This document shows, one piece after another, positions 23,350 through 27,051 of a DNA stretch of 27,051 nucleotides. The translations under genes were made by a program, and so were the position numbers. Source of the DNA: Eledone cirrhosa (Eukaryota); NCBI GenBank assembly GCA_964016885.1, contig CAXHJY010000527.1, forward strand, positions 1 to 27,051, read 5' to 3'. Below the pieces are notes generated by a model, which searched no databases, had not been told where the DNA came from, and saw nothing but the letters and a program-made list of their open reading frames with translations. Numbering within the stretch: the stretch's first letter is position 1; every line of letters begins with the position of its first letter.

Positions 23350-26300
23350 TCATTTTTGGGGCCCTTTCTGCCCGTGTGTTTGTTTGTTTATGTGTGTCCG
23401 TATACAGCGTGGTGATAATGCCACACAAGGGCCAAGTGGGATGGCGGATCCACAGATGGCTATGTAAACATACATTCGCCAATCCTCGATAAGAGTGTTT
23501 AAATATCGAACATAAACAGTTCGAATAACGGTGAAATGGAGACTAGAACGTCATGTGACAGACTCTCACCCAACAGGTGCCCCCTGGCTCAGCAGCAGGA
23601 ACCTGACTGTCAACCAAATACTGCTGATGTTGGAGGAAGAAGAAGAAGGAAAGGGGCCAGAACCAACTGGACGAAAGAATTGAATAGAACTGTTATGCAA
23701 TGCTACCTGAAAAGTAACCCCAAGGAGAGGGGCTACAGGAGACGGATGCATAACATCTGGAACGAGATTGGTTTATTTAAATTAGATGAACAAAAATTGG
23801 CCGGGCAGGCTCGGGTAATAAGAACTAATGGGTGGATAAGCGAGCTGGAACTGGAGGAACTGAGCAGAGAGAATGGCTTGGAGATGGCGGGTGTAGTATG
23901 CCAGACAAGCGAGCCGGCGGGAAATGAAGGTGAGGAGGTCCTGAGAACGGAGGAACCACCCGAAGCAGACAATGATCTGAATACTGAGATAAATAATACC
24001 TGGAACAGAGATACGGCCACTGAGGAGATGAATGCTGACGGGCTAGGACAAGATTCGGTTGACATCCTAAATTTAGTGGTAGATGAGTTGAACAATGATA
24101 GTGGGAGACCTATGAACCTAAGATTTGTAGACAGGAAAAAGTTAAAAGAAACAACAGCTAAGGTAAACAAAGTCATCCCATACCTTGAGGCGAGGAGTCT
24201 TCACCAGTGCAACAATATCCTCAAAGCAACAGCAAATACGGTGAGGAAACTACTTGGTATAAAAGCGAGAGGAAACAACAGACAAGAAAGAGCAGAGCCG
24301 TGGTGGAAGAAGCGACTGAGTGGGCAAATCGGGGAAATGAGAAATGACATAGGAAAGCTTGAGTCACTACTGAATGGGACACTAAAAAACATAGGCACTA
24401 AAAATAGACTGGAAATAAAATACAAAACTAGGAGTAAAAAGCTAAATATTATCATAGAGGAATTGAAGCAACGCATTGTAGCAAAGAGTGCCAAAATCAG
24501 GCGATACGAGAACAGAGTCAGTCAGTATAAACAGAACCGCATGTTCGACAACAAACAGAAGATGCTGTTTGGACAGCTTGAGGGGAAAGAAAGAGGCAAC
24601 GACTTGATCCCTGGGGCGGAACAAGCTAAAACATTCTGGAGAGGAATATGGGAGCAGGATGTTAGACACAATGCCCAGGCAGGGTGGATTGAGACAGTAC
24701 AGAGGGAGATCGGTGAGCAGGCACAGCAACAGACTGATTTGAGTATCACAGTTGAAACTCTTAAGGGGCAAGCCAAAAAACTAACCAACTGGAAATCACC
24801 AGGCCCAGATGGTGTGCAGGGGTATTGGATTAAACATTTAACATCCCTCCACCCGAAGCTGACGGCCATGTTCAATGACTGCTTGGTGTCGGGTGAGGTG
24901 CCAGAGTGGTTGACAAAAGGTACCACAGTTCTGATAATGAAAGATCGAATCAAGGGTAATGATGTTACCAACTATAGACCTATCACATGTCTGCCCGTAA
25001 TGTGGAAACTGTTGACGAGCATTGTGTCTGAGGAAATCTACCATCACCTCCACACAAACAACTTGTTGCCGGACGAACAGAAAGGATGCCGAAAGAAGTC
25101 ACGTGGTACAAAGGACCAGTTGCTTATTGATAAGATGGTAATGGGGAATTGCAGGAGGAGACACACTGATCTTGCCATGGGATGGATAGACTACAGAAAG
25201 GCATTTGACATGGTGCCTCATTCCTGGATCACCAAAAGCCTGGAGACCTTCAGGGTGGCAGATAACATCAGACAGTTGCTGGGCAGGAGTATGGGGTCCT
25301 GGGAGACAGAGTTGACATCAACTGGAGTATCCTTGGGAAGCGTGAAGATCAAGAGAGGTATCTTCCAGGGAGATAGCCTGTCCCCTCTGTTGTTTGTCCT
25401 TGCCCTGATGCCCTTGACCATTATGCTGCGAAAAGTGAGAGCAGGATACAAGTTGGGAAGGGGAGAGCTTACCATCAATCACCTCCTCTTCATGGACGAT
25501 CTTAAGCTCTTCGGGAAAAGTGAGAAGGAGTTGGATGTGCTTGTTGACACTGTCCGTATTTTCAGCAGTGATATATGTATGCAGTTTGGTATTGGTAAAT
25601 GTGGAGTCATTGTGATGAGGAGGGGTAGGTTGAGCAGAAGTAACGGGATCCAGATACCAACAGGTGAGATGATAAAGGAAATTGACTCTGAGGAAGGATA
25701 CAAGTATTTGGGCGTTCTGGAGGCTGATGGCATAAAGAACAACAAAATGAAGGAATTGTTAAGAACTGAATACATTCGGAGAGTAAGGAGCGTATTGAAG
25801 TCACATCTGAACAGCAGAAATGCCATAAGCGCAGTAAATTCCCGAGCTGTGTCTATTATTAGGTACAGTGCGGGAATTCTGAGATGGAATGTTGCTGAAC
25901 AAAAAGAAATGGATAGGAAGACTAGGAAGCTATTGACTATCTACAACATGTTCCACAAGAGGAGTGATGTCGATAGACTCTACCTAAGGAGATCTGAGGG
26001 TGGAAGAGGGCTTATCAGCATAGAGGACTGTGTTCAGATGGAGAAAAACAACCTATACAAATACGTGACCTATAGTAAGGAGCCAATGCTCAGAGCTGTA
26101 CTGAAGGAGGGGACAGTAGGCCAGGGGATACCCAAGGAGGAAATAACATCAAGGAGGAAGAGCAGCCTTAAGGGAAAATCCCTTCATAGTACCTTCTTTG
26201 AGAAAACTGAATTTAGAGATCCACAGACATGGAACTGGTTGAGAAGAGGAGACCTCAAAAAGGCTACAGAAGGAATGCTAATGGCTGCGCAGGAGCAGGC

Positions 26301-27026
26301 CCTCAAAACGAAGTGGTTGAAGCACCATATCTACAAGGAGGAGGCTAGCCCACTGTGCAGGATCTGTGGAGAGAGAGAGGAGACTGTGGCTCACATTGTG
26401 TCCGAGTGTAAACACCTGGCCCAGACCCACTATAAGGGCTGGAGACACGATGTGATGGGCAGGGTGATCCACTGGCACCTGTGCAAAGCAAACAATCTAC
26501 CACATTCTGAGAAATGGTATGAGCATAGGCCAGAGGCGGTGATGGAGAACAGTCAGGTGAAGGTGCTGTGGGATTTTAGGATACAGACGGACAAAAAACT
26601 GGGACACAATAGACCTGACCTGGTGGTTGTGGACAAAGAAAAAAGATCGTGCCTGATTGTGGATGTGGCCTGCCCGTTCGACACGAGAGTGCAAGAGAAG
26701 GAGAGGGAGAAAATTAACCGATACCAGGACCTAAAGTGGGAGGTGAAAAGGATTTGGAACTGCCATGAAGTCAAAGTGATCCCGATTGTCATAGGCGCAC
26801 TGGGGACTATCTCCAAAGGTTTCCGGGGATGGTTAAAGAAAATCGGCCCCTTCACGCTTTTTGGAACGCTTCAAAAGGCATGCTTGCTTGGAACGGCAAG
26901 AACCCTCCGATACGTCCTGAATATCTGAGGCTGCAGGTAGTGGCTTGATATTCAATCCAACGGACTTTCCAGTTAACCAACATCAATGACTGAGATTCAA
27001 GGAATAATAATAATAATAATAATAAT
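23350..27026 (+). mobile_element. R4/Dong-clade non-LTR retrotransposon, copy 2 (different family; 5' boundary approximate)
   Basis: Intact single ORF, ~75-nt 3' UTR, (TAA)n tail 27003-27026. Confidence 0.93.
23536..26928 (+). CDS. Intact 1130-aa RT / CCHC / restriction-like endonuclease polyprotein
   Basis: N-terminal RTNWTKELNRTVMQCY (parallel to REKWSREDNKEVLEAFY in copy 1), KSPGPDG, NYRPITCL, WIDYRKAFD, GIFQGDSLSP, FMDD, CRIC-x8-H-x4-C, RHD, RPDLVVVD...IVDVACP...EKINRYQDL. Confidence 0.96.
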   Translation: METRTSCDRLSPNRCPLAQQQEPDCQPNTADVGGRRRRKGARTNWTKELNRTVMQCYLKSNPKERGYRRRMHNIWNEIGLFKLDEQKLAGQARVIRTNGWISELELEELSRENGLEMAGVVCQTSEPAGNEGEEVLRTEEPPEADNDLNTEINNTWNRDTATEEMNADGLGQDSVDILNLVVDELNNDSGRPMNLRFVDRKKLKETTAKVNKVIPYLEARSLHQCNNILKATANTVRKLLGIKARGNNRQERAEPWWKKRLSGQIGEMRNDIGKLESLLNGTLKNIGTKNRLEIKYKTRSKKLNIIIEELKQRIVAKSAKIRRYENRVSQYKQNRMFDNKQKMLFGQLEGKERGNDLIPGAEQAKTFWRGIWEQDVRHNAQAGWIETVQREIGEQAQQQTDLSITVETLKGQAKKLTNWKSPGPDGVQGYWIKHLTSLHPKLTAMFNDCLVSGEVPEWLTKGTTVLIMKDRIKGNDVTNYRPITCLPVMWKLLTSIVSEEIYHHLHTNNLLPDEQKGCRKKSRGTKDQLLIDKMVMGNCRRRHTDLAMGWIDYRKAFDMVPHSWITKSLETFRVADNIRQLLGRSMGSWETELTSTGVSLGSVKIKRGIFQGDSLSPLLFVLALMPLTIMLRKVRAGYKLGRGELTINHLLFMDDLKLFGKSEKELDVLVDTVRIFSSDICMQFGIGKCGVIVMRRGRLSRSNGIQIPTGEMIKEIDSEEGYKYLGVLEADGIKNNKMKELLRTEYIRRVRSVLKSHLNSRNAISAVNSRAVSIIRYSAGILRWNVAEQKEMDRKTRKLLTIYNMFHKRSDVDRLYLRRSEGGRGLISIEDCVQMEKNNLYKYVTYSKEPMLRAVLKEGTVGQGIPKEEITSRRKSSLKGKSLHSTFFEKTEFRDPQTWNWLRRGDLKKATEGMLMAAQEQALKTKWLKHHIYKEEASPLCRICGEREETVAHIVSECKHLAQTHYKGWRHDVMGRVIHWHLCKANNLPHSEKWYEHRPEAVMENSQVKVLWDFRIQTDKKLGHNRPDLVVVDKEKRSCLIVDVACPFDTRVQEKEREKINRYQDLKWEVKRIWNCHEVKVIPIVIGALGTISKGFRGWLKKIGPFTLFGTLQKACLLGTARTLRYVLNI

Positions 27027-27051
27027 TGTTTCTACATTTGGCACAAGGCCA
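27021..27051 (-). mobile_element. 3' end of a tRNA-derived SINE (runs off the window)
   Basis: aataattgtttctacatttggcacaaggcca matches the 3' ends at 7751 and 8973. Confidence 0.85.

Noticed and set aside
23340-23500. Sm-site-like atttttgg and HDV-like tcctcg in the 5' region of copy 2
   Set aside because: No snRNA hallmark sequence; the P3, P1.1 and J4/2 elements of an HDV ribozyme cannot be formed.
18373-26855. Short overlapping and antisense ORFs inside the two R4 elements
   Set aside because: Shadow frames of the long RT ORFs without recognisable motifs.

Overview
AT-rich, microsatellite-dense eukaryotic DNA. The SINE families resemble those I recall from octopus/cephalopod genomes (inference, not verified). 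The right third holds two co-oriented but divergent R4/Dong-clade non-LTR retrotransposons (RT + CCHC + restriction-like endonuclease, (TAA)n tails). One has a single 1-bp frameshift, one is intact, and both are preceded by copies of the same non-coding repeat. The left two-thirds contains a 1.1-kb near-perfect palindrome, a 5'-truncated RTE LINE with a fold-back junction, tRNA-derived SINEs, MITEs and a candidate 3-exon small secreted-peptide gene. It also contains several short (TA)n-embedded elements with type-I hammerhead ribozyme motifs (Penelope pLTR/retrozyme-like). Three of these have an ATGCAAAT octamer 80-92 nt upstream of the core, and one is paired with an inverted copy that stops at the predicted self-cleavage site. 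Nearly all short ORFs in the supplied track are microsatellite or antisense artefacts.
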